DNA of 64,000 nucleotides, from the NCBI GenBank assembly GCA_001600695.1, contig BCKQ01000013.1, positions 250,045 to 314,044 of the forward strand. The letters are read 5' to 3'. This DNA is from Ascoidea asiatica JCM 7603 (lineage: Eukaryota; Fungi; Ascomycota). A program made the position numbers and the translations under genes. Below the pieces are notes generated by a model that saw nothing but the letters and a program-made list of their open reading frames with translations, was not told the DNA's origin and did not search any database. The number at the start of each line of letters is the position of its first letter. The first letter of the stretch is position 1. Of this stretch, positions 23,201 to 34,160 are shown one piece after another.

Positions 23201-24886
23201 ATGAAAATGAATAATGATGAATCTGCTCATAAAAGTAGGAAAAGGTCAAGAGTGAAAAATTCTCAAAATTCTCAAAATTCTTTAAATTCTTTAAATTCTC
23301 AAATTGATAATGATTCAAATAGAAAATTTTATGTCTTATCTAAAAATAATAATCAAAATAATAACATAAATAATTTATCTAATTTATCTAATTTAACTAA
23401 TTCAAATAATCATTCAAATCATTCTAGTCATTCAAATAATTCAAATTTAGTCCTTCAAAATCAATCAAACCTTTTAAATTCTCAAAATAATGTTTATCAA
23501 AATACTCAACAACTTAATCAAATTCAACATCAATTATATAATAAAGTTTATTCAAGTTTAGAAGAAATGTTATTTGCTTTAAATATAGATTATAAAACTT
23601 TTCAATCTTATCAACATGCTAAAAATTTCTTAGATCAATATAATTTATCAATTAATAATTCAAATGCAAATATTAATATTACAAATTCTTCAAATACAAA
23701 TCTTAATATTAATAATTTATCAAATGCAAATGTTAATGTTATAAATAATAATATAAATAATAATATCAATACAACAACAAATACAAATACAAATAATAAT
23801 AATAATAATATTAGTACAAGTACTTTAACTAACAACAACAATAGTTCTTCAAATATAAATAATCCTTTTACCAATCAACTTTTAAATGCAAGTTTAAATT
23901 CAGTAATTCCTTCAAGAATTAATCATATTAGTCAAATATCTGATTTCACAAATTTATCAAATTTAAATAGTCAATCAAATTTAAATAATTTAAACAACTT
24001 AAATAACTTAAATAACTTAAATAATTTGAATAGTTTAAATAATATCAATAATATAAGTAATTTAAATAATTTAAGTTTTTCAAATTTATCAAATTTATCA
24101 AATTTACCTTTAATTTCAAATAATTTATATAATCATCAAAATAGAAGTCAAATTTTTTCAAATTCTTCTTCAACAAATACTTCTATTTCTTTACAACCAA
24201 AAAATATTTATAAAATTTTTACTTGTGGTTCTGCAAGAAAAATTCCAACTTCAAATACAAATGAAAGAATTTGTTGTTATTCATTTTATATAATTCCATT
24301 AAATATTAAAAAATCTGGTAAATTAGAAATTTCTCATAATTCAAATTTTAATATTGAATTTGATTATTCAACAAAAAGAGCTGATTTATATTCAATTTTA
24401 AAAGCTTTATATGAAATTGATAATGATATTTCAATTTCAATTAAAAATCATAAATTTATAAAATCTTTTCAAATTATTACAAATGATCAAATTTCTTGTA
24501 AATTAATTTCAAATTCTTATCAAAAATATTATAATTTAATTAAAAAATCTCAATATTGGACAACTGCAGATTCAAATAATTTATTAAATAATGCAATAAT
24601 TTCTAATTCTTCAAATAATAATAAAGGTACTTATAAAGTTAGTGATTCTGTTTTGACAAGAAAATTTACTGAATGTATTAATAAAAATAGTAGAAAATAT
24701 ACTGAGATTTTAGTAAATTCAGTTAAATTAATTTATAAAGTTAATCAAATTTATGAAAAAAATGATTTACCTGAATTACAAATTAGAAGTTTTATTAAAG
24801 CTGATGATACTGAAGTTGAATCAAATAATATTGCATGCGAATTAGTTAAACAAGCTTGTAAATTTTTTGGTGCTCAAGATAGTTGA
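23201..24886 (+). CDS. RNase H1-like protein, predicted catalytically dead, with Asn-rich low-complexity regions
   Basis: Collinear degenerate Rnh1 motifs: KFYV...KVYSSLEE..YKTFQSYQHAKNFL (hybrid-binding domain), IFTCGSA, STKRADL, FQIITND, IKADD, SNNIACELVKQA. Confidence 0.75.
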   Translation: MKMNNDESAHKSRKRSRVKNSQNSQNSLNSLNSQIDNDSNRKFYVLSKNNNQNNNINNLSNLSNLTNSNNHSNHSSHSNNSNLVLQNQSNLLNSQNNVYQNTQQLNQIQHQLYNKVYSSLEEMLFALNIDYKTFQSYQHAKNFLDQYNLSINNSNANINITNSSNTNLNINNLSNANVNVINNNINNNINTTTNTNTNNNNNNISTSTLTNNNNSSSNINNPFTNQLLNASLNSVIPSRINHISQISDFTNLSNLNSQSNLNNLNNLNNLNNLNNLNSLNNINNISNLNNLSFSNLSNLSNLPLISNNLYNHQNRSQIFSNSSSTNTSISLQPKNIYKIFTCGSARKIPTSNTNERICCYSFYIIPLNIKKSGKLEISHNSNFNIEFDYSTKRADLYSILKALYEIDNDISISIKNHKFIKSFQIITNDQISCKLISNSYQKYYNLIKKSQYWTTADSNNLLNNAIISNSSNNNKGTYKVSDSVLTRKFTECINKNSRKYTEILVNSVKLIYKVNQIYEKNDLPELQIRSFIKADDTEVESNNIACELVKQACKFFGAQDS

Positions 24887-25539
24887 CCAAACATTAAACA
24901 TAACATAATTTTTTATACACTATCCTCATATCTTTTATAATATTTTTATTGTGTCATGATATTATTCGCTTCATTTTATTCTCTTCATTTACCTTTTCTC
25001 ACCTTTTCTGCTTTTTTCATATTTTTGTTTTTTGTTTTTTGTTTTTGTTTCTGTTTGTTGTTTTTTTGTTTATTTATTTATTTATTTCCCCTGGGTTATT
25101 CATTTTTGCTTTGTCATTATTTTTCATAAAATGTATCTCATCTTTTTTTAATAACTTTTTCATTTTTTCTTTTTTTCATCAAATGCAAATTATACACATT
25201 TTCAAAATAATAAAATTTGAAAGGCTTTAAAAAATCTCTTTTTCATTTTTTTTCTTCAAATCGTAAAGTTTAAACACAAAACCTGTATATTTTTTAGACA
25301 ATAATACTCAGATAATAGAAAAATATAATTATGTAAAATACGAATAAATTCATTATTGAAAACTTTAAAAGTTAAAAAAAATATGCAGAAATAAATATAC
25401 TCTTAAGAAAAATAGATATGTGAAAATGACATGACATTAAAAATAATAAGTGAAACAATCATAACAAAATGAAAAAAATTAGCAAAAGGAGAAAACTGAA
25501 AAAAACAAAACAAAAAAGAAATATAAGTTTAAACTCAAA

Positions 25540-26859
25540 CTATAAAGATTGAAGGGATTTTAATGCTAAGACAACAACAGTTATAATTGCAGGTAAAGAA
25601 AAAACGACATAAGACCAAAATAAAACTCCAGCCATTTCATTTTGATAACATTCATTTATTTGACAAATTTGAGAAACTTGTAAAGCAGGAGGAGATATTG
25701 ATAAAATAAAAACAGTAATTAAAAAAATTGGATCAGAAGCATTTGGAATTGAAGTATATTTAACAATAAAAAGTATTGAAGGTAATAAAAAAAAAGCAGG
25801 TATTAACATTCTTGAAATTACTGAAGCAAAAATTATTCTTTTATAATATGGAGTTGCAGGAGGTACATCTTTTGAAGGATATAAATTTGCTCCAAGAACA
25901 ATTAAAACTAATGGAACAGATAAAGCACCTAATTGAACAGTTGCAGAAGTGAAAGTATTTTGTATGAAACCATTATTTTCGAATAAGATATTTTTAATTC
26001 GTTGAGAACATGAAACAAGAGTAGCTAAAATCATTGCATATAATGGGGGATTCATATAATTTAATACTTTATGAAAATATTTATTTAAAAATCTTTTAAT
26101 GATTGGAATTGTATTTGAATTTAAGCTTTTAGAAGAATTGTTTATATTATTAGGTATTAATGGAGTATTTTCATTTGAAATTAAATTTGAATCTTTCGAT
26201 GAAGAAGGTATTAAAGAAGAATGTGAACTTTGATCTTCTTGATATTCTTGATCTTCATCATCATTATTGGTATTATCATCATTTAATCGATATAAGATAT
26301 TTTTATCAACTTTTTTCAAAAGTGTATTAAAACCCCAAGACCATCTTAATATTTGACCAATTTGATTATAAATTAAGAGATATAAAACAGATCTTGCAGC
26401 AATTTTATCAGGAGTATCATTTGGAATTTGATCCCAACTTAAATGAGGTAAAGTATAAGATAAAGATAAAGTTAAAGAAACAGGTAATGAAAATGAATTA
26501 CAAAAAACAGAATTTGCAATAACAAAATTAGTTTCAGGTTTATTTAATTTCAAAATCCTAGAAATTATTTTTGAAATAATATATGATATTGTTAAAGATA
26601 AAAAGAAAAAAAGTGGAATTATAATTAATTGTACTAATTTTTTAAATGATAAAGTATTTGCTAATTGAGTGAAAATTAAAGCTGGAGTTAGTATTGAAAC
26701 ATTTAATTTTGATATTTGTTTTTGAGTATTTGAATTAATGAATTTAAATTTTGCAGCAATAAAACCTGAAAAGGAAATTAAAACAATTTGTAAAACTGCT
26801 TGAAATGTTAAAAAACATATTTGAATTATATCTAAATGAGAAGAATTTGGATCTAACAT
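25540..26859 (-). CDS. Auxin efflux carrier / PILS family ER transporter (YBR287W-like)
   Basis: About 10 TM segments, LTPALIF..LA, NSFSLPVSL, LRWSWGFN, MNPPLYAM, VPLVLIVLGANL, SPPA. Confidence 0.9.
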   Translation of the reverse strand: MLDPNSSHLDIIQICFLTFQAVLQIVLISFSGFIAAKFKFINSNTQKQISKLNVSILTPALIFTQLANTLSFKKLVQLIIIPLFFFLSLTISYIISKIISRILKLNKPETNFVIANSVFCNSFSLPVSLTLSLSYTLPHLSWDQIPNDTPDKIAARSVLYLLIYNQIGQILRWSWGFNTLLKKVDKNILYRLNDDNTNNDDEDQEYQEDQSSHSSLIPSSSKDSNLISNENTPLIPNNINNSSKSLNSNTIPIIKRFLNKYFHKVLNYMNPPLYAMILATLVSCSQRIKNILFENNGFIQNTFTSATVQLGALSVPLVLIVLGANLYPSKDVPPATPYYKRIIFASVISRMLIPAFFLLPSILFIVKYTSIPNASDPIFLITVFILSISPPALQVSQICQINECYQNEMAGVLFWSYVVFSLPAIITVVVLALKSLQSL

Positions 26860-27976
26860 TTTTTGATGAAGTATTAGGAGAAAAAAGGACAGGAAAAAAA
26901 AAGAAAAATTTTATTATATATTTTGAATTTTGAGCTTTGTGATTTTGATTTATTGATTTTTATATTTGTATGTGTATTGAGATTTATATCTATGATTATA
27001 TTTGTTTTAAATGAGTTAAAAAAGAAAAGACGAAATAAACAAATATGGAAAAATTTATCGATTTATATATGAATAATAAATAAAATATAATATTATAAAT
27101 TTTATATTTATAATTTACGGATAATTTTCCAAATATATCAAGATCAATAATTTCAAAAAAGGTTCAAAGATTCAAAGACTCATTTTAATTTTTGAATGAT
27201 GTTGTAATGATGTTGACTGCAGTCATTATAGTCATTATGATTGTCATTATCACTATTTATCGAGATTTTTGATAGGATTATAATTTTTCACTAAAAAAAA
27301 CATATTTAAGGCGTATATATGAAAATCAGTTATTTGAAACTAAAAGTAATGATCAAAACCAATTGTAAGTACTAACTAGACTAAGTAACTAAGTAACTAA
27401 ATAACTCGCAGGATTATATTTAGCATGATATTACTTTAGACGAAGAAGGTTTATTTTTTTGGGAGAGTTCCATTATATGAGTGACAATTTATAAGCCATT
27501 TGATTTCTTCAATGATTTTCAGCTGAATTGAAAGATTGAAATAATAAATATAAGATCAATAAATTTCAAATAGAAATATAAATGCAAATGCAAAAGACAA
27601 ACAATAGATGGAAATAAAAAAGAAATTAACATAAAAGAAATTAACACAAAAAACATAAAAGAAATAAGCTTTATGCTGTATGCGGAAAATCAGGAATAAA
27701 AAATACATATAATTTATTAGCAGCCGTTGATAGAACCGTAATTATGGTCTCAAAATTATTTTAAAAAAAGAATCCATATTTGTGGATGTTTTTTGACCTA
27801 AGTTGAAAGTTAGGACCATTAGGAAGTCCTTTTAGGGCAAGAGGGGAAAAATGAAGGTCATGAAAGCGGGAAAATGCGATATGAGCAATTGGCTTATTTC
27901 CATCGGTTGATGCGCTGATAAGAAGAGGCTCAGAGGATAAATTGCCCTTTTAGAATTATCCGCTGCAATAATAACT

Positions 27977-27985
27977 CCGGGTAAT
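27977..27985. promoter_or_regulatory. Reb1-type site in the long divergent intergenic region
   Basis: TCCGGGTAA matches the CCGGGTAA consensus. Confidence 0.45.
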
Positions 27986-30276
27986 AAATAAAGAAAGAAA
28001 TTATAAACGCATTAACGCAAAAAGCAATAGTAATTTCTGCGGGACAAAAAAAAAGGAAATTACATTGCGTAGAAGGAGCACCCTGATCTTTTGGAACCCT
28101 ATCACTTAGTAAAACAAGCATTTTGGGTCGCGGGTGTGCTTGGCGATGCACTGAAACGCACCTGATTTGTTTGGTTTTGCGTTGATTGTCTATGAGCGCC
28201 GGAGATAAGCACTTAGGTTTTGCGTGTGAATTGGAGTTGCTGTATTACGGTAATAATACCATAGAGCTTTAGCAGTAGTTACAACAACAGCAGACGAACC
28301 CCACGAGAATTTTAGTTTAATTGGTTAAGTTAGATTGGATCAGTTTTTGTTTTGCTATGTTTTTTTGTGTAAATTCATCTTCAAAAAAAATCACTCAAAT
28401 TTAAAGTGAAGATAATTTAATACAGACTACCAGTAATACCGCAATAAGCTATAACCGCTTGGACAATTTGTTTGTAAGGAAAACGTATAATCAATATAAA
28501 TACGGGACATATCCTACGTTTTGTTGATAAGTATGGTGAAAAATGATAAGATACCCTGGTTACCTTAGTCACCCTAGTTTTCTATAAAATAAGAAAGAAA
28601 AAGAAAAGAAAAGAAAAGAAAGTAAATATCACTGTTTATTACTATGTTTTATAATAAGCAATAAAAGATAAAATAGTGAGTAATAAACCTGGTAGGGTAA
28701 TACTTCTTAGGGGGTTGGCTTTCCTCATTAAAACAAGTTGAAACAGGATAGGATAAGGATTCTAAAAAAAGTTGAAGAGATTGAAGCCCTATCAGATTGC
28801 ACTATGAATCATAACGTTACTATATTTTTCTAGATAAAATGTACGCAATGCACTATAGTGTGCAATGCCCAGTTTGATCCCTCAAAACGCAGCACGAAAC
28901 ACAAATTCTAGAGCGCTGAACTTAGTAACGTTTTACTGGTGCACAATTATGATTGCTTTTCAAATCGTGCAAAAAATAGGATTAGCGTAGGTTGTACAAT
29001 ACTTTAGCACCACACGTTTTGTGTAGGACTGATCAATTTTGCATGTGGGGGGAGGCGGTATTTTATCCGATTGGAAGAGCTTATGAATTATCGGCACATT
29101 TAAGAGCCCTAATACCAGTTGACTTCTCCCCAGAGTAATCACTGAAGAGCAATCATACCGGCGTGTGCAGCGTATAGCAAGCATATTAGACCATAGAGCA
29201 GCGCTGCACTAGTATAGCGCGCTCAAAAAAAGCAAAGCGTGCTTCTTTGCTTTTGCGGCTTTGTTCTTTTTGGCTCTTTCTTTGCGCTCGTGTTCTAGGT
29301 CTGGTCTGGCAAGGTCGTGTGCGTGGTGTCTCAGGTAGCGCGTAGCAACAGCGCACTATCAGCGCTTTAGTAGCGCAAAAACAGCGCAGTGGATCCTAAC
29401 TGGTTGCCCACAGTGAGATCAATGATTCAAGCCAGAGGAAGAGCGATGCTAAACGCCATATTAATTTGCCCATTGGAGTGAATTCCCATACAATTTCATT
29501 TAGCTGGGAAATCAAAAAAAAATAAACCATAAAATATAAAACATTACTAAATTACATACAGTAAAAAATAGTGAATAAAAAATATAAAACATTATCAAAA
29601 ATTGAATTATTTACATAAAATACAAGAAAGAGAAGCTAAAATACATTCATCAAGAGTGAAGCTGAGATTGAAATTAATATTGAAACTAAAGGACTGAAAT
29701 TAAGATAGAAACTCAGATAAAGAATATAAAATAAAATAGAATCAGAAGTTAAAAAATAAAAAATATTGAAGAACTTTTTTAAAGCTCCATTAATTACTCT
29801 TTTTTTGTCCATATAGTCAGTATAATCTTCATTATTCTTTATCTACATATTCGACTTCAAATTTTATTAAATCATTATCATACAATTAATATACTCTAGA
29901 AATTAGTACACTTATTATCTTTTACTTTATTTCTTCATTTCTTTGTTTTGTTTCTTAATATTTTTTTTCTTAAATTTATCTTTTTTATGGAACATTTTGA
30001 GTTTTCAAATTATCGTTATATAAAGAAATAATTCGATTTTAAATTTCAATTTCAATCTCATTTAATTTGATATCATTTAATTTAATTTTCGATTTAATTT
30101 TCAAAAGAGATCATTATCAAATTCCTAATATTAATATATATTCAGTATATACCAAATCATTAATGGAAAATTGATTAATTAATTCAACTTAATCTCAAAT
30201 TTAAAAAATATTCATTTACATATTCTATTATATAATATTGTATAATATATTATAATCAATAAGATAGCTTATCAAA

Positions 30277-33200
30277 ATGGGTTCTCTAACAAAAATCTTT
30301 CATAAAAAAGATAAAGATAAATTAAAAGAAAAAAAATTAAATGAAAAAGAAAAAAGTGAATCAAGAAGAAAATTCTCAATTTCTTCAAGAAGAAGACCTT
30401 CAATAACTCCTTCTTCATCTTCAACTATTTTATCTTCAGTCAATCAATCTTCTTCATCTTCAATTAAATCCCCTACAACTACATCTCCTTCAAATAATAT
30501 CATTAATTCAACTAATATAAATCCAAACAATATCAAACCCCTGCGAAAAGCTTCAACTCATCCTTCAATTATCAATACTACTAATATCAATAATAAAATC
30601 AATGCTAACCTCAACGGTAACAGTAACAGTAACAGTAATATTAGTAGAATCAATGGAAATACAAATGGTAACATCAATGGTAATGTCAATGGAAATACAA
30701 ATGGAAATATTATAAATCATTCTCCTTCCAAATCTTACTCGAATATAAGTTCATTAAATAATACTCCAATAAATCATTCTTCAAATCGTTCTAGTTCTTT
30801 TTCTTCAAATTTCAGACCAAATGATTTAAATTTAAAACATTCTCATTCAATTTCTCTTTCAAATTTAGACAAAAATAATTTACGTCAAAATCTCTTATCA
30901 AATAATAATAATAATAACAGTAATAATAATGGACCTTCAATTCATCGTCCAAGCGCCCTTTCAAATGAATTGGTTTCAAAAAATTTTCTTTTCAACAACA
31001 ATAATAATAATAATAATAATAATAACATCAATAATGATAATAATGATCATGATACAGTTAATTTAATGGGATCTTTAGTTAGAAATAGAACTTCTCCAAA
31101 TACTTTACCTTCAATGGCAAGTTTTAATAATAATAGTAACACTTTCAGTAATCTGCCCCATTCAAGATCTCCTTCAATTGGTTTACCTTCGGTTGAATCT
31201 TATCAAATTAAAAATACTACTAATCATAATAATCCAAGAAATAGTACTTTAAGGGGTTCTTTTTATTCTTATCAAAGTTCAATATCAAATTCAATCTTAA
31301 CAAATCAAAAAAGTCCTTCTTTTTATTTAGATAGTTCAAATTCAAATTCAAATGATAAGACTTCTCCAACTTTACCATTACCAATTCAAATTCCAAATGA
31401 TCATTTACCTTTAAACTTTAAACAAAAATTCAATGATTTAACTGATGAATATCAATTTCCAAACAATAGTATTTTAGATTCAAAGTCTTTAGGTGAAGGT
31501 GCAAGTGCAATTGTTAAAATTATCATAAATAAAAAAAATAAAAGATCTTTTGCTTTGAAAAAATTTATATTATTTAATCATGAATCTCCTGATCATTTTT
31601 ATAAAAGATGTTCAAAAGAATATATTATTGCCCATTTAGCTTCAAATAATAAACATATAGTTTCTACTATTTCTTTAATTGCTATACATTCTTCAACTCA
31701 AATTAAAAGAGGTTGGGGTTTTGTTTTAGAATTATGTAAAGGTGGTGATTTATATAATTTAATTATGAAACCAGGTTTTGCAAATCAAAAACCTGAATAT
31801 AAATTTTGTCTTTTTAAACAAGTTGCTTTAGGTTTAAAATATTTACATGCTTTAGATATAGTTCATAAAGATTTAAAACCTGAAAATATTTTAATTGGTG
31901 CAAATGGAATTTGTAAAATTACTGATTTTGGTATATCTGAATTTGGCCATGAAATTCCTGGTGATTTTTCGTCTCAAATAAGATTATCTCAATCATTTGT
32001 TGGTTCTCCTCCTTATTATCCTCCTGAAGTTTTAGCATTCAAAGGGTATAAACCTAGAAAAATGTCAATTAATAATTCTCGTCCACAACCCAAAAAATAT
32101 GACTCTTTTAAAATGGATTGTTGGTCACTTGGTGTTATACTTTTTACAATGATGGGTAGAAATTTACCTTTCACTAATCCGGATATGAGTGATGCAAATT
32201 ATCAAGATTATGTATCTTCTTTAAAAGATTTTACTAGAATAAATAAAAAATTCAAAGGTTCACCAAATGTGAAGGGTCCGGGTATTGATTATAAATTTGG
32301 TAAAATATTCCATGATACTGGAGCTTCAAGAGTTGGATGGAGATTAGTTGATCCAAATCCAGAAGAGCGTATGAATCTAAATCAACTTTTCGAAGATAAT
32401 TGGTTCATAAATTTAGAAATGTGCTGTGGTGAAAATGATAATCAATATGATAGAACATGTTGTGTAATTGATAATGAAAAGATAGTATTAGAAGATGATA
32501 TAGGTAATTTCGGCGCAGAAATACATTATGATCCAATTAGAAATCATTTCAGTCAAATAAAAGAAATTGAAGAAAAAGAGAAAGCTGAAAAAGAGGCCAT
32601 ACAATCTAGTCAAATGTCATTAAGATCTGCTAATTCTACTTCAATGCTTGATATTCATAGTTCATTAATAACTCCTAATAATTCCAGCACAAAATTATCT
32701 CAAGAAAATTTAGTCAAAAATATTAAAATACCTTCCATAAATTCAAAATTCGTGGAAATGCAAGGAATTTCATCAATAACACCTCCGTCACCTTCTGTTA
32801 GTGCATCTAGTGTCGGAGCTCCATTGTCAGCAGTTATAGAAGAGGATAAAGAAGATAAAGAAGATACTGATTCCAAATTGCCCGAGTCTCCTAAACTGAG
32901 CAATGGATCTTTTACTTCAAAAAATGGAGGGGTAAAAATGAAAAGTTCAAGTAGTAATAGCTTTGATAAACAAAAATTGGCTATACCAGAGCATATTACT
33001 GAAATGGTAAGCGAAGAAGAGGAAAAGGAAACTAATAGTAATAGTAATAGCATTGCTGAAAGAGCTGTGGAAAATAAAGGCGATTGTGATTGTAAAAGTA
33101 ATTCTGATACTGGTAAAGAATCTCTAAGTTCTAGTTTAAGTTTTACTGCTCCACAAAGGTTCAATCCTGCTTCCAATTTATTAAATAATACAGCTAAGAA

Positions 33201-33579
33201 AACTACAACCCCTTCTCGTTCTTCTTCGATGATGATTCCTGATGATATCATTAAGAATGTTCCAGCTCATATTGCAGCACATAAAGTGATACCGAGTAAC
33301 AAAGTTTCAGTTCAATCATTGGCTTCTAAAATGGTAGTTGCACCTGCTCACCCTTCTTCAAATGGTGATTCTCTTCTTCATACTTCAGATAGTTTGCTTT
33401 CAATGTCATTAAGTAATGAGAAACTTAATGATCAAGCAAGCTCTGTAAGCTCTTATCAATTTGCTCAAAATAAGTCATGTAAATCTAAATTTTGCAAAGG
33501 AAGAATAAGAAGACATAATCATACCGATATTGTAAGTACTTCTTCTTTGGGTGGATATTCTTTACATGGTAAACGTTGA
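30277..33579 (+). CDS. PTK2: HAL/NPR-family Ser/Thr kinase, Ptk1/Ptk2-like
   Basis: LGEGASAIV, FALKKF, FYKRCSKEYIIA, RGWGFVLE, HKDLKPEN, DFG, VGSPPYYPPE, DTGASRVGWRL. Confidence 0.88.
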   Translation: MGSLTKIFHKKDKDKLKEKKLNEKEKSESRRKFSISSRRRPSITPSSSSTILSSVNQSSSSSIKSPTTTSPSNNIINSTNINPNNIKPLRKASTHPSIINTTNINNKINANLNGNSNSNSNISRINGNTNGNINGNVNGNTNGNIINHSPSKSYSNISSLNNTPINHSSNRSSSFSSNFRPNDLNLKHSHSISLSNLDKNNLRQNLLSNNNNNNSNNNGPSIHRPSALSNELVSKNFLFNNNNNNNNNNNINNDNNDHDTVNLMGSLVRNRTSPNTLPSMASFNNNSNTFSNLPHSRSPSIGLPSVESYQIKNTTNHNNPRNSTLRGSFYSYQSSISNSILTNQKSPSFYLDSSNSNSNDKTSPTLPLPIQIPNDHLPLNFKQKFNDLTDEYQFPNNSILDSKSLGEGASAIVKIIINKKNKRSFALKKFILFNHESPDHFYKRCSKEYIIAHLASNNKHIVSTISLIAIHSSTQIKRGWGFVLELCKGGDLYNLIMKPGFANQKPEYKFCLFKQVALGLKYLHALDIVHKDLKPENILIGANGICKITDFGISEFGHEIPGDFSSQIRLSQSFVGSPPYYPPEVLAFKGYKPRKMSINNSRPQPKKYDSFKMDCWSLGVILFTMMGRNLPFTNPDMSDANYQDYVSSLKDFTRINKKFKGSPNVKGPGIDYKFGKIFHDTGASRVGWRLVDPNPEERMNLNQLFEDNWFINLEMCCGENDNQYDRTCCVIDNEKIVLEDDIGNFGAEIHYDPIRNHFSQIKEIEEKEKAEKEAIQSSQMSLRSANSTSMLDIHSSLITPNNSSTKLSQENLVKNIKIPSINSKFVEMQGISSITPPSPSVSASSVGAPLSAVIEEDKEDKEDTDSKLPESPKLSNGSFTSKNGGVKMKSSSSNSFDKQKLAIPEHITEMVSEEEEKETNSNSNSIAERAVENKGDCDCKSNSDTGKESLSSSLSFTAPQRFNPASNLLNNTAKKTTTPSRSSSMMIPDDIIKNVPAHIAAHKVIPSNKVSVQSLASKMVVAPAHPSSNGDSLLHTSDSLLSMSLSNEKLNDQASSVSSYQFAQNKSCKSKFCKGRIRRHNHTDIVSTSSLGGYSLHGKR

Positions 33580-34160
33580 GATTTTCTGAAGCTTTTTTTA
33601 TTCAATTTTTTACAAGTTTTTTTCAAAAAATAAATATTAAAAATAGAAAAGTAATTTAAATAAAAAAAAAAATTATAATATAGAGTGTGTGATATTTTTG
33701 TTGGTTTTTCTTTATATGTGTTTATCTTATTCCTTTTTTTTTTTTTTTTTCTCTCTTTTCCCCCTTTTTCTCGTTTTTGTTTTTCTTTCTTTCTATCTTT
33801 TTTTGAGCATAAAATAATGAGATAACTCAAACCTCTTGATGGCATTAATTTTTTTCAATTCTTCTTAAAATTTTCTTACTTTTGCCATTCTTTTAGTTTT
33901 AATTTCTTTCCTTCCATATTCTTTAAATCAATAATAAAAGTCTTGAAATCAAATGCAGTTTTTTTTGTATATATACAGTATATTATAAAGTAAAACTTTC
34001 CTACAATTGTTTAATCCAATAACAAAACTGAAAAATTTTAATAGAAAAATACTTTAGTATAGTACTATAATAAAAGACACTAATAAAAGATATAAAAAAC
34101 TAGATAATAGTGAATAAATATTAAATGAAATAAAAAAAGTAATGAAAGCAATTACTTTTT

